Assembly: GCF_006345805.1 (NCBI RefSeq)
Contig: NC_043010.1
Coordinates: 62,930,001-62,994,000, forward strand
Source: Octopus sinensis
Lineage: Eukaryota
Length of the DNA: 64,000 nt
Reading direction: 5' to 3'
Within the stretch, counting starts at the first letter, position 1. The number at the start of each line of letters is the position of its first letter. Shown here one piece after another: positions 38,405 to 51,985 of this stretch. The notes beneath the pieces were generated by a model. The model made no database searches. It had not been told where the DNA came from and saw nothing but the letters and a program-made list of their open reading frames with translations. The translations under genes and the position numbers were made by a program.

Positions 38405-38650
38405 TTTATATATATATACATACATATATATATATACACACACACACATATATCTCAATAACTGGAAGAGTGTATACATGCACACACGCATGTATGTATA
38501 CATGCATGCATATATATATATATACATACACACACACACACATATACACGTGTGTATGTATATATATATATATATATATACATACACTCACACACATACA
38601 TACATATATATGTGTGTGTGTATGTATATATACACTCACACACATACATA

Positions 38651-38682
<32 letters not shown>

Positions 38683-38720
38683 CACTCACACATAAACATA
38701 TATATGTGTGTGTGTGTGTA
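38405..38720. repeat. Compound (TA)n/(CA)n/(TG)n microsatellite
   Basis: Direct reading. Confidence 0.95.
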
Positions 38721-39050
38721 TGTATAATTTTTATCTCCTTGGCTGACTTTCCACCCCAGGTGTGACAAAGGTATTTATCAGTTCTATTTACTGCTGCCTG
38801 TGTTTTTATCCTCTTAACACCTCTCTCTCTTCAAACTATAATCTTTGTGTATATGTGTATATGTGTGTGTGTGTGTGTGTTTCTATTATACATACATATA
38901 TAAATGTGTTTATGTATGCATCTATGACAAACACACATGTGCATGCGTATGCTCACACATACATGCACACACACATTTTTATGTTCCCTAATCCACAGTT
39001 GCCCGAGGAAAGGAAGATGGAACTCAGAGTAGCTATTCACATGAGCTCAT

Positions 39051-39080
<30 letters not shown>

Positions 39081-39129
<49 letters not shown>

Positions 39130-39491
39130 CTGAAGTTGTCTGTGTATGGTAGGTTTGGTAGCCTTCAACGAACACTATCTCCTCCGAGACCCTGCTGCAC
39201 AAGTTGACCAAAATTGAGAGTATGATAGAAGAAGGCTTGCTCTTCCTTCCGTAGAAGATAAAATTAAAATCGGACCATGTTAACACCAAAAATTATTTAC
39301 ATGAAAAAGGTGCTTTTTGTCTATGAAAACCCCTATTTTTTACGATTTTTTGACTGCTGTGTCGCCATTTTTTGGTGTATTTCAACCAGAAAAAGAGAAT
39401 AGCAAGCTACATAAAGCAAAATTTTTACTTTTCAAAAATTCCAATTCTAAAGGGTCAAAACAAACCCAAGCAACGCCGGGCGATACTGCTA

Positions 39492-39492
<1 letters not shown>
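39081..39492 (+). mobile_element. Non-autonomous Helitron (termini like 774-1162, different interior)
   Basis: 5' TC(TA)nAAGCTGAAGTTGTCTGTG; 3' CCCAAGCAACGCCGGGCGATACTGCTAG|T. Confidence 0.75.
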
Positions 39493-39532
<40 letters not shown>

Positions 39533-41055
39533 CTCACACACACTCACACATATGTATATTTATAGGACTCGGTAGAATCTAGGCACATCAACATGTAGGA
39601 CACCATAAATGGCTAGGTACAATAACATAGGGTTCTCAATGAGGTAAAACAACCCTGGAGTATCAGGTGATGGTAGGATACTGTAGATATGGAAGTACCA
39701 AATCTAATTTCAACTGTGGATCCGGCACAGGGCTGGTTCTAAGTGCTGTGTTGGTATAAAAAGGGTACCATTAACCCCATTTTTGTTCTTCTTTATATGT
39801 ATGCATGCATGCATGCACACACACACGCACATACATTAAATTAAATACACAACCAAAAGAGCTACCAGTAGTTTCATGCTATTATGATACTTGAACAGGG
39901 ATATTTAAAAAATATGCCATGGATCTTAAAACAATCTTTCAAGCCTGTTTATGTATTATATCATACACACACACACACACACAGCACACTGGTTGCATGT
40001 TGTTCTTGAGCAAAACCCTTCATTTCACGTTGCTCCAGTCCACTCAGCTGTAGACAGGTCACCCTGCAATGGAGTAGCCTTCTGATCAGGAGGGGAATGT
40101 TGGCCTGGTCACCTTGCCAGTGAGGCAGCATCACTCAAAAGCTGAAACAAGGTGAAACTCATCGTGACCAACGATATTGAACAATAATCAATAGTCTGGT
40201 CAATCATGTGATTGCGTGATATCTCACTATGTCATATATGGTATCGTATACCATATTATATAGTATATCATATATATGTCATAAGAGGGGCACCCTGCTG
40301 TAGAAACCATGCCAAAACAGACAAAACGCTTGGCCTCTGGCTTGCCAGCTCTTGTCAAACTGTCCAACCCATACCAGCATGGAAATTGGACATTAATGAT
40401 TATGAAGATATATTCTTTATTCTTGTTAATTGTTACGGGGATATAAACACACCAACATCGGTTGTCAAGCAATGTTGGGGGGGACAAACACAGACATACA
40501 ACATAAACGCACATACATGTATACATATATACGATGGGCTTCTTTCAGTTTCCGTCTACCAAATCCACTCGCAAGGCTTTGGTCTGCCCGAGGCTATAGT
40601 AGAAGACACTTGCCCAAGGTGCCACGCAGCGGGACTGACCCGGAACCACGTGGTTGGTAAGCAGCTACTTACCACACAGCCACTCCTGTGTCTATATGTG
40701 TATATATCAGACATATATCATACACTGTATTATGTATGAACCAGATATACTCTGGTTATAAAACAGCTCTTGGCCATCATGGCTGGAATATGCTGTGATG
40801 TGTACTCTTCGCTCACAAAGTGTCACTTATACTCTTTACTCTTTTACTTGTTTCAGTCATATGACTGCGGCCATGCTGGAGCACCGCCTTTAATCGAGTA
40901 ACTTGACCCCGGGACTTATTCTTTTGTAAGCCCAGTACTTATTCTATCAGTTTCTTTTGCCGAACCGCTAAGTAACGGGACATAAACACACCAGCATCGG
41001 TTGTCAAGCAATGCTAGGGAGACAAACACAGACACGCAAACACACACACGCATAT

Positions 41056-41106
<51 letters not shown>

Positions 41107-43023
41107 CTGAAGCTGTCTGTGTATGGTAGGTTTGGTAAGCCTTCAACTAACACTATCTCCTCCGAGACCCTGCTGCACAAGTTGACCAAAATTGAGAGTA
41201 TGATAGAAGAAGGCTTGCTCTTCCTTCTGTAGAAGAAAAAATTCAAAACGGACCATGTTAACACCAAAAATTATTTACATGAAAAAGGTGCTTTTTGTCT
41301 ATGAAAACCCCTATTTTTTACGATTTTTTGACTGCTGTGTCGCCATTTTTTGGTGTATTTCAACCAGAAAAAGAGAATAGCAAGCTACATAAAGCAAAAT
41401 TTTTACTTTTCAAAAATTCCAATTCTAAAGGGTCAAAACAAACCCAAGCAACGCCGGGCGATACTGCTAGTATATATATATATATATATGTATATACTCA
41501 CACACACACTCACACATATGTATATTTATAGGACTCGGTAGAATCTAGGCACATCAACATGTAGGACACCATAAATGGCTAGGTACAATAACATAGGGTT
41601 CTCAATGAGGTAAAACAACCCTGGAGGTATCAGGTGATGGTAGGATACTGTAGATATGGAAGTACCAAATCTAATTTCAACTGTGGATCCGGCACAGGGC
41701 TGGTTCTAAGTGCTGTGTTGGTATAAAAAGGACACCAGTAAACCCCATTTTTGTTCTTCTTTATATGTATGCATGCATGCATGCACACACACACGCACAT
41801 ACATTAAATTAAATACACAACCAAAAGAGCTACCAGTAGTTTCATGCTATTATGATACTTGAACAGGGATATTTAAAAAATATGCCATGGATCTTAAAAC
41901 AATCTTTCAAGCCCTGTTTATGTATTATATCATACACACACACACACACAGCACACTGGTTGCATGTTGTTCTTGAGCAAAACCCTTCATTTCACGTTGC
42001 TCCAGTCCACTCAGCTGTAGACAGGTCACCCTGCAATGGAGTAGCCTTCTGATCAGGAGGGGAATGTTGGCCTGGTCACCTTGCCAGTGAGGCAGCATCA
42101 CTCAAAAGCTGAAACAAGGTGAAACTCATCGTGACCAACGATATTGAACAATAATCAATAGTCTGGTCAATCATGTGATTGCGTGATATCTCACTATGTC
42201 ATATATGGTATCGTATACCATATTATATAGTATATCATATATATGTCATAAGAGGGGCACCCTGCTGTAGAAACCATGCCAAAACAGACAAAACAGCTTG
42301 GCCCTCTGGCTTGCCAGCTCTTGTCAAACTGTCCAACCCATACCAGCATGGAAATTGGACATTAAATGATTATGAAGATATATTCTTTTATTCTTGTTAA
42401 TTGTTACGGGGATATAAACACACCAACATCGGTTGTCAAGCAATGTTGGGGGGGACAAACACAGACATACAAACATAAACGCACATACATGTATACATAT
42501 ATACGATGGGCTTCTTTCAGTTTCCGTCTACCAAATCCACTCGCAAGGCTTTGGTCTGCCCGAGGCTATAGTAGAAGACACTTGCCCAAGGTGCCACGCA
42601 GCGGGACTGAACCCGGAACCACGTGGTTGGTAAGCAAGCTACTTACCACACAGCCACTCCTGTGTCTATATGTGTATATATCAGACATATATCATACACT
42701 GTATTATGTATGAACCAGATATACTCTGGTTATAAAACAGCTCTTGGCCATCATGGCTGGAATATGCTGTGATGTGTACTCTTCGCTCACAAAGTGTCAC
42801 TTATACTCTTTACTCTTTTACTTGTTTCAGTCATATGACTGCGGCCATGCTGGAGCACCGCCTTTAATCGAGTAACTCGACCCCGGGACTTATTCTTTTG
42901 TAAGCCCAGTACTTATTCTATCAGTTTCTTTTGCCGAACCGCTAAGTAACGGGGACATAAACACACCAGCATCGGTTGTCAAGCAATGCTAGGGAGACAA
43001 ACACAGACACGCAAACACACACA

Positions 43024-43062
<39 letters not shown>
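39083..43062 (+). repeat. Tandem duplication of an approximately 1.98-kb unit
   Basis: 39123-41100 matches 41101-43062 along its length (Helitron, unique DNA, SINE fragments); junctions lie in (TA)n tracts. Confidence 0.95.
41095..41470 (+). mobile_element. Non-autonomous Helitron, duplicate of 39081-39492
   Basis: Near-identical copy inside the tandem duplication; ends GATACTGCTAG|T at 41470. Confidence 0.75.
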
Positions 43063-43064
<2 letters not shown>

Positions 43065-43225
43065 GACGGACTTCTTTCAGTTTCCGTCTACCAAATTCAC
43101 TCGCAAGGCTTTGGTTGGCCCGAGGCTATAGTAGAAGACACTTGCCCAAGGTGTCATGCAGTGGGACTGAACCCGGAACCATGTGGTTGGTTAGCAAGCT
43201 ACTTACCACACAGCCATTCCTGCGC
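42805..43225 (-). mobile_element. SINE family A, full length
   Basis: Reverse-complement match; its internal (TA)n is the right breakpoint of the 2-kb duplication. Confidence 0.9.
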
Positions 43226-43439
43226 TTTATAGTTTAATATTGTGGATTGTTCATTTGAGTACAGCTACATCATTCACTGCTCTTCATGGGTCAGTTGCAA
43301 CACAGACTTCCTGCTTTAGTCATTGTCAGCCTAAACATTAGCTGGTCGTACCAGTTTGTATATTTGCAACAAGGATAATCTTGAGTATACACATACACAC
43401 ACATATACATACATAGACACTCACATAAACCTCTTACAA

Positions 43440-43660
43440 GCCAGCTTGTTGACGATGACTATATCATCCCATCAAGTGATTTTGCTGGTTGTGGGTTGAG
43501 CAATCGCTTGACAGCTCTTCCGACATAGATGGAGGCTATGGATATGGTATAAGGAATGAATTAAGATCAAGACTTTTCCAGTTCTGTGATGCCAGATAAT
43601 CTAACCATTTGCAAGACTAACTTTGGGCAACCTGACAACCCTCTGATCATCTACTGAGCC
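43440..43660 (+). mobile_element. RTE apurinic-endonuclease domain remnant
   Basis: DGGYGYGIRNELRSRLFQFCDA / DNLTICKTNFGQPDNPLIIY resembles RTE APE GG.G.G.RN.EG.RLLEFC...L.ICNT.F...HL.TY. Confidence 0.6.
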
Positions 43661-45744
43661 GAACGGGCCTCATATTTCAACAAGAAATTTAATAGGCGGA
43701 TGGTCTTGGGAAATAGATGATGGCTGTTAAATAAGGAAGCAGTGAAGGGCCATCGGTTCATGATTAGGGTCTTCTGTTCACTATTGTAAATTCAATTCCT
43801 GGCAGCACATTGTGGCCTTGAGCAAGACACTTTATTTCAAGTTGCTCCACTCCACTCAGCTGGCAGAAATGAGTGGTACTCATAATTCAAAAGGCCAGTC
43901 TTGTTACATTCTGTGTCATACTGAGTCTTCCAGAGAACCACATCAAGAGTGTGTATGTCTGTGGAGTACTCAGTCACTTGCTCTTTAATTTCTTTAATTT
44001 CACAATCAGGTTGTTCCGTTGATCAGATCAACCAAAACGTCATCAGAACTGACAGTTTTAAATAATGTATTACTCAGTATTTGGGATAAGGTCATTCTGT
44101 ATTTGGGATAAGGGTTAGGTGGAGAGCCGGATGAAGGAAGTTATCTCAGTGGGAAGATTCCTTGCTCAGATATAGGGTTAAAGAATGTATTAGGAATATG
44201 AGGATAGGGCAAGGGTCCAGCCAGACTGGAGGTGACATGATGGGGGGATGGCATGATAGATGGAGCTGTATAAACTGGAGAACAGTCCTGGGAAGAATGA
44301 GAAGAAAGAAGTGGCAGCAGCAGCAGATGTTACCAGGTAACTGAAAGAGAAACAGAAAGTAAGAGGTTTGCCATTGAACATTCCGTGTTGAGTGGAGGGG
44401 CAGAGGGCAGGTGGGTGAGGTGTTCCAGAGTGCAAAGTAGCGTGTCAGTATAAATCTGGACAGAATCAACATTGCAATTTCTCCTCTCCCTGCAACATAG
44501 ACATGGTCATCATCATCATCATCACCATTACTTTACGTCCAGTTTCCTTCCATGTTGGTGTGGATTGGTTTGGTCATCACGGCCCGAGTCATTTCTTTAA
44601 CAGAAATTGCTGTTGTCATCCATAGCCAAGATCTCGCGTGGGACCTTTTGACTCGATTTCTATGGTTAGATGCTCTTCGTAGTGCCACCCATTTCACAGA
44701 ATGGTACTCAATATGTTTTTCTTGTGGTGTCAACATTGAAAAAGTTGAAATAGTCCTCTGTAAGAAAGGATTACAGGGAGCTTAAAACCCTAAATGTAGA
44801 TAGGTATTTGTAACTGTAGTCAACAATTTAGAACAAAAAAGGCCTTTGTAAAGAGAAGTTAGAACAGAGAGAGAGGGAGATGGAGAGAGTGGCATTTTGG
44901 TGGATGTAAATTGTTGTTCACAGAAACCAATTACAACCATGGAGGGACAGTGTATGGTCCTTGTAGGGTCTCCATGACATGTGGGAGTAAGGCCAGATGT
45001 TATCCTCAGTCCAGAGACAACACTAATATTCATAACACGGTGGGCTCTACCAAAGACACCCGAGTGTTATTGGTGGTGGGCCAGAGGCTGTAGAAGTGCA
45101 AGGGGCTGTTGTGAAGGGGGATTCAGACACATTGATGCAAGACCTTAATCACACACACAGACCACACACACACACACACACACACACACTTTTGTTATAT
45201 TCCTTACATACATCCACAGCTGTACATAAATGTGGTATTTTATTCACTTAGACCCTCATATCTATCTTATATGCACTGTGTATGGGGGTATATATAGATA
45301 TATATACACACACACAGTCTATCAGTACTCCACAGACATGTGTACCCTTAACTTAGTTCTCGGGGAGATTCAGCGTGACACAGAGTGTGACAAGGTTGGC
45401 CCCTTTGAAATACAGGTACAACAGAAACAGGAAGAAAGAGTGAGAGAAAGCTGTAGTGAAAGAGTACAGCAGGGTTTGCCACCCCACCCCTGCTGGAGCC
45501 TTGTGGAGCTTTAGGTGTTTTTACTCAAACTCTCACAATGCCTGGTCTGGGAATCGAAACTGCAATCCTACAACTGCGAGTCTGCTGCCCTAACCACTGG
45601 GCCATTGCACCGCCACAAACACCAGCATATAATATGTGTGTGTGTGGTGGTGTGTGTATTTGAAGTTTCCTTCTATTTTAGTGATCTTAAGGTCTATTTC
45701 TTTCGTTGTTATACTTATGGTTCATCATTATTTATAAGTCTATA

Positions 45745-45893
45745 TGTGTAAGAAGCTTGCTTCCCAACCACATGGTTCTGGGTTCAGTCCCACTGAGCGG
45801 CACCTTGGGCAAGTGTCTTCTATTATAGCCTCAGGGCAACTAAAGCCTTATGAGTGGATGTGGGGTAGACAGAAACTGAAAGAAGCCCATAGT

Positions 45894-45946
<53 letters not shown>

Positions 45947-46190
45947 GTGTGTGTGTGTGTGTGTCTCTCTCTCTTTGTGTCTGTGTTTGTCCCTGCATCA
46001 CTGCTTAACAACCGGTGTTGGTGCGTTTATGTCCCTGTAACTTAGCAGTTCAGCAAAAGAGACTGATGGAATAAGTACTAGGCTTAAAAAATAAGTCCTG
46101 GGGTGGATTTGTTCGACTAAAACCTTTCAAGGTAGTGCTCCTGCATGGCTGCAGTCAAATGACTGAAACAAGTAAAAAATGAAAGAAGAC
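45745..46190 (+). mobile_element. SINE family A
   Basis: Same head, core and tail order. Confidence 0.85.
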
Positions 46191-47450
46191 ACACACACAC
46201 AAGGCTTCTTTCAGTTTCCATTCACCAAATCCACGAGTAAAGCTACAGTAGAAGGCACTTGCTCAAGGTGCTGCATGATGAGACTGAATCTGAAAGTGCA
46301 TGGGTGGGAAGCAAATTCATATCTTTATCTTTTTTCAGTCATTTGACTGTGGCCATGCTGGGGCACTGCCTTGAAGGGTTTCTGGTCAAATGAATCAATC
46401 CCCGTACTTTTCCTTCTGAAGCGTGGTACTTAGTCTCTCATGCCAAACTGCATATGTACACAACGGGCTTCTTTCAGTTTCCATCTCTGAAATCCACTCT
46501 CAAGGCTTTGGTTGACCCAGGGCTTGCCAAGGTTACACGCATTGGGACTGAAACCGGGAATTCTATGTTTGAGAATCAGACAGCCACACGTGGACCTATG
46601 TATGTATATTTGGTGGGAACAGGGGATAAGCTTGCACTGATGTAATGAATCTGTTTGTCACTTAGGTACACAAATGGCCATGGCTTCACTGCTCCTTATG
46701 TCTGTGTGTCTTTAGACCAGGAACCTCGAATGGAGAATTCCTGGAATGTTTTGCAATTTTCCACTGTATCCCTCATAAAATTGGTTGTGTTTAGGGATCA
46801 TCATCATCATCATCGTTTAATGTCCATTTTCCATGCTGGCATGGGTTGGACAGTTTGGCTGAGGTCTGGAGAGCCAGCACAGGAGCCAGTCAGGGGGTAC
46901 TGGCATCAGCCATGTTCGGATGGTGCTTTTTACATGCCACCAGAACATGGTGGATGCCCTAACACCAACCACTCCGAGAGGGTAGTTGATGTTTTTTACA
47001 TACCACTGGCACAGGAGCCACATCATCTGTTAACCATGCCAGTATGGGTTGGACAATTTAATAGAAACTGGTAATTCAAAGGACTACATGAGGCTCTGTT
47101 GCCTGCTTTGGCTGGATGCCCTTCCTAATGCCAACCACTTCACAGAGTGCACTGGGTGCATTTTATGTGGCACCAGCAGGGGTGGGGGTTCACTAAATAT
47201 ATATATATATATATATAGTGCCTCTGTCCTATATTCATCTAACCTATGCTAGCACTGAAAAACATGTAAAAGCTGTTACTAGTAGTAGTCGTAGTAGTAG
47301 TTACAGTAAAGTTATCCTTGGTTTATAGAATTAAAATGTTTTCCGAAAAGTACTCAATACATTTGAAGATTGTGTTATTTCATTAGAAAATGACCATTTT
47401 TAAATCTCACAACATAAGATATTCAGCAACAGTACTTTGGAGTAAAGATT

Positions 47451-47758
47451 GTTTGCCAACATAACATGGCAGTCCTGGTTTAGGATGAATGTTGCTGTAA
47501 TTTAGCCCTAGGAGACATCATCTTCAGCTGGCTATATGATACGATGTGTGTCCTTATATTTTCAAACAAGGTAATCTAGCACCCCCACTCAGCTCAAAAC
47601 AATATCTGTGTATTGTGATTTCTGGGGTGCTAGATTCCCTTGTTCAAAAATATAAGGACACAGATCGTGTTGTAAAGCCAGCTGGAGGGAATGTCTCCTG
47701 GGACTAAATTACAGCAACATTCGTCCTAAACCAGGACTGCCATGTTATGTTGGCAAAC
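47451..47758. mobile_element. Foldback element / long-TIR MITE
   Basis: About 135-bp inverted arms (GTTTGCCAACATAACATGGCAGTCCTGG...CTAGCACCCC / GGGGTGCTAG...GTTGGCAAAC) around a 38-nt spacer. Confidence 0.85.
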
Positions 47759-48034
47759 TGTTGTTTCATCTTAGGGAGACCAAACTGCTTCCAGAAACCT
47801 CAGGATTGTGTGTGTGTGTGTGTGTTTATATACATACCTTGGTGGAAGGTATTTATTTATTTTAGCCGCCAAGGCCAATCAAGGGCAATGCCTTTAAAGG
47901 TTGGAATGGCTTCATGCCACTCCTTCACACACCCCACCATCACCTTCTCCCACCTTCTGTCTTGTCACCACTCAGCCATGGAAAGAGTTGAACCTGTTTT
48001 ATTGTTCAGCCAGGTGTAGCTGCCATGTGGGGTG

Positions 48035-48067
<33 letters not shown>

Positions 48068-48799
48068 ACAGCAATGGTAATAGTGGTGGTGGTGGTAGTA
48101 GTAGTAGTAGTAACAGCAATGGTAGTAGTGGTGGTGGTAGTATCAACTCCCAGGCTTTAGTCTTTAGTCACTCATATCTAGTGCCAATCATTTTACCCAC
48201 TCACACTTGACCTGCTAGACATAGAAACCAAATCTCCCCCAATTCTACCCACCTCATCCCCCCAAGCCACACCCTCTATATTAGATGACATGGACACATG
48301 TTCTCTCCTGGATGGTCACAGCAGGAATGTCTTTGACCCCCCCACCAAGAACATTCCTCTGCCACTGCCGACCACACCCACCACCCGATGGTTTGGAGGA
48401 GCTTTTTGGTTACCTCTGTGGTGGTGTTCATGCGGGTTGCCCTAATGAACAGCATGACCCTCACACTGGTGCATGACTTTCATCTCTAATAACCTACCAC
48501 TGCTACTACTACTACTAACTATCACCACCACCACCAACAACACTACTACTACCACCACAACTACCACCACCACCACCAATATCTGACTAACTACCAACTA
48601 CCTGACTTCCAACCATCAACAATACTAATGCCATTAGTGGTGGTGGTCTTACCAACAACACTATTACTACCTCTACCACCACACCTCCTCATACAACCCC
48701 CCCAATTCGTCCCACCCGCCACCAACCCTGTCTTTAAGCTTCCTACTCACATCTGCTACTTTGTGTGTGTCTGTGTGTGTGGTGTGTGTAAACTGCAGT

Positions 48800-48900
48800 G
48801 TGTGTGTATATATATATGTTGAAGTGTGTGTTTGTAAGATATGAACTGTAAGAGGCTCTGTATATTAGTGGTTTGTGTGTGTATACACACACACATGCAT

Positions 48901-48933
<33 letters not shown>

Positions 48934-48957
48934 CATACATGTTTCTTGTGTTTTATG

Positions 48958-49005
<48 letters not shown>

Positions 49006-49014
49006 CACACACAT

Positions 49015-49054
<40 letters not shown>

Positions 49055-49078
49055 TACACACACACAGAAACGTGTATG

Positions 49079-49130
<52 letters not shown>

Positions 49131-49175
49131 TATATATCTATATACACGTGTGTGTGTGTGTGTGTGTGTGTGAAC
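48800..49175. repeat. Compound microsatellite
   Basis: Direct reading. Confidence 0.95.
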
Positions 49176-49624
49176 TGTAGGAGGTTATGTATGTTAGAAA
49201 TGTGTGTTAGTTGTGTATATTTATGTATGAGTGTGGGAGGTTCTGTGTGTGTGTGTGTGTGTGTTGAAATGTCAGCAACATGTGTAGCAGCTTTCTCTGA
49301 CTCACTCTCCTACAATTGATCTTTATTGTTGTTGTTACTACTGCTGCTGCTGTTGTTATTAGTAACCAGCAGTAACACTCCCTCTCTACCCTCTACACTC
49401 CCACTCTGTGTTATTGTTAGGTTTCCCTTATATTTTCCTTCAAAGCAGGGTCCCAGCCCTTAACATTACAATTCTTTCTGTTCCACCCTGGTCCTATACC
49501 AGTCACTTTGTGGGGGGGTAGAGACCAGACAGAATCTCAAAGTGACTACTTGACCCGCCAGAAACAGCAGCCAGATCCTTCTCAAATCACACACACAAAA
49601 GGATGGACACATTCACTTATGTCT

Positions 49625-49850
49625 AAATAAAAGACGGGATGGGCACAGCTGGATTGTCTCTGATCGAAGGTCTGCTGGATCAAGATTAAACTAGGATTAA
49701 ACAACAACTAACATTATATAATATGCTATGTCTAAAGAGAAAGGGCAGGATGGTCACAGCTGGAGTGTCTCAGATCATAGGTCTGCTGGATCAAGATTAA
49801 ACTAGGATTAATAATAATAAGAAAAGACAAGATGGTCACAGCTGGACTGT
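49625..49850 (+). repeat. Tandem ~110-bp repeat (2 units + partial)
   Basis: GGATGGTCACAGCTGGA...GGTCTGCTGGATCAAGATTAAACTAGGATTAA twice, then a partial third unit. Confidence 0.75.
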
Positions 49851-51780
49851 CTGCCAGCTCATTGATATTTAGAAATTTACCATACATACACACACACACC
49901 ACCACCACCACTACCACCACTACCACCACTACCACTGGGACCACCTCTGGGTTCCTCCCATTCTCCCTTTTTTTTATTGTTGATTTTATTTTTGTTATTA
50001 CCCCCCCCCCCCCCATGGGTTGCTCTATTTCCATTCCATTCACCCCCTCCTCTCTCAGCATTTAGTTAGTCACCTCCCCTCCCTATCTCCTTCTCTCTTT
50101 CTCACTTCCTACTCTCTCCCCCCTCCTGCCCTCTCTCATCCCCTCCCATCTCCCAACCTCCCTCCTATATTCTCTTCCCTCCCCATCTCCCTTGCCTCTC
50201 TCCCTCCCCTCTCCTGGTTCTCTCCCTCCCAGTCCTTTCTCTTGCTCCCTCCCCTTTTCCCCTCCTCCCCCCTCCCTACATTGTGTTATATCCATTTGTC
50301 CATGGCACAAAAATGTAACAAATTTTTCTTTAAGGATGGGTGTGCAATGTTTGCAAATTTATACATCACCCAAATAATAGTGGTTCTTGATGGCCTTTTT
50401 GATGTTGGCACCCTTTTGAGCACCAGAGCAACTGCAAACAGGCTATGTGGTCAGTAAAGGTACAATAAGGATTCACTTGTCTGATCTCATCTGAATTATC
50501 CACCCATTGAATTACAATATAAGTGGCTGAGTAGTCTACAGGCAGGGGCATCTGTAATCTTTTAGCATTTAATCCAGCCAAATCCAACCAAATTATTCTG
50601 CCTGTTTTATGTTCAAACAGACCGGATCCAACCTCTCACACCTACCCTACAATGTCATTCTCAGAATATACAAATAGAACATTGAATTCTTGAAGCTACA
50701 AGACATTGCCATTGACAATGTAATCTGAATGCTTAATGGTTTAACATAACTTTCAGGTGGGATCAGTGTGACGCAGTGACATGGCTCTCTCCCCTTTTTG
50801 AATTACAATTCTACTGACAGCCTTCTACACAGTTTATGTCTACCCAAATGGGAGCTATGGAAACTGATATTTCCCTGGGGAATCTTGGACCTTGTAGTTG
50901 TTTGATGCATTCCGAGATGACCACCTCCCTTGGCAACAGGTGGTGGTTAGGGATAAGAAAGCTTTCAGTACTGATGCCATGTAAAAAGGACTGGTGCTGG
51001 TGCCACATAGAAAGCACTGGTGCTGGTGCCACATAAAAGGCGAGCTGGCAGAATCGTTAGCACGCCGGGCGAAATGCTTATCGGTATTTTGTCTGCCACT
51101 ATGTTCTGAGGTCAAATTCTGCCGAGGTCGACTTTGCCTTTCATCCTTTTGGGGTCGATGTAATCGACTTAATCCATTTGTCTGTCCTCGTTTGTGTTTT
51201 CTGTGTTTAGCCCCTTGTGGGCAGTAAAGAAATAGGTATCAGTGTTGGTGGCACACAAGAGACATCAGTACTGGTTTTCACATAAAAAAAACCCTAGTAC
51301 ACTCTGTAAGGTGGTTGGCATAGAAACTGTGACAAAACAGACAGTGGAACCTGGCGCAGCTCCTGACCTTGCCAGCTCCTGTCAAACCATTCACTTCATG
51401 GAGTGAATAGACATTTGATTATGATAATGATGAAGTATATCTATCTATCTATCTTTGAGAGTAGAGTAAAACTGGAGATTCAGTTAAACTCTTTACTGTA
51501 GCATCATAAACTGCAACATCTTTACATGTGTTTCACTCATGTATACAGGTATGTTGTACAGTAATTGCTCCAGAAATAATTGCATTCTCAACTTGAATCA
51601 AAAGAAAATTGTAATTTAATCTTTTCTTGATTATGGACCTCAGGTAAATGAGAATATTATACTTACATATATATGTATATGTATGTTTTTATATATATAT
51701 ATATATATTTCAAAGTGTAACCACATGTGAATCGTTGGCGATTTTCTTCCTCTGTCTTTCTTTCTATTGGACTTTTCTCT

Positions 51781-51816
51781 GTTTCTGATGAAGAGTGTTT
51801 GCTCGAAACATTAAAC
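51781..51816 (+). ncRNA. Minimal (Penelope-type) hammerhead-like motif, second family
   Basis: GTTT-CTGATGA-A-GAGT-GTTT-GCTC-GAAA-CAT-T-AAAC: stem I GTTT/AAAC, stem II GAG/CTC, stem III ACAT (one change from palindromic ACGT). Confidence 0.45.
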
Positions 51817-51910
51817 CACATTTCTTTCCTTCCCTGAGCATCTGCTAATACTCTACATGTACCACATCTCGCATTGTTGTTGTTTTTTTTTGTTTGTTCT
51901 TTTTGGGATT

Positions 51911-51985
<75 letters not shown>

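Noticed and set aside
40212-40739. 175-aa ORF in the duplicated unit
   Set aside because: Chance read-through of SINE fragments; the paralogous copy at 42179-42713 is frameshifted.
44146-44472. LINE C-terminal remnant (ALWNTSP...)
   Set aside because: Only one weak motif match; not enough to call.
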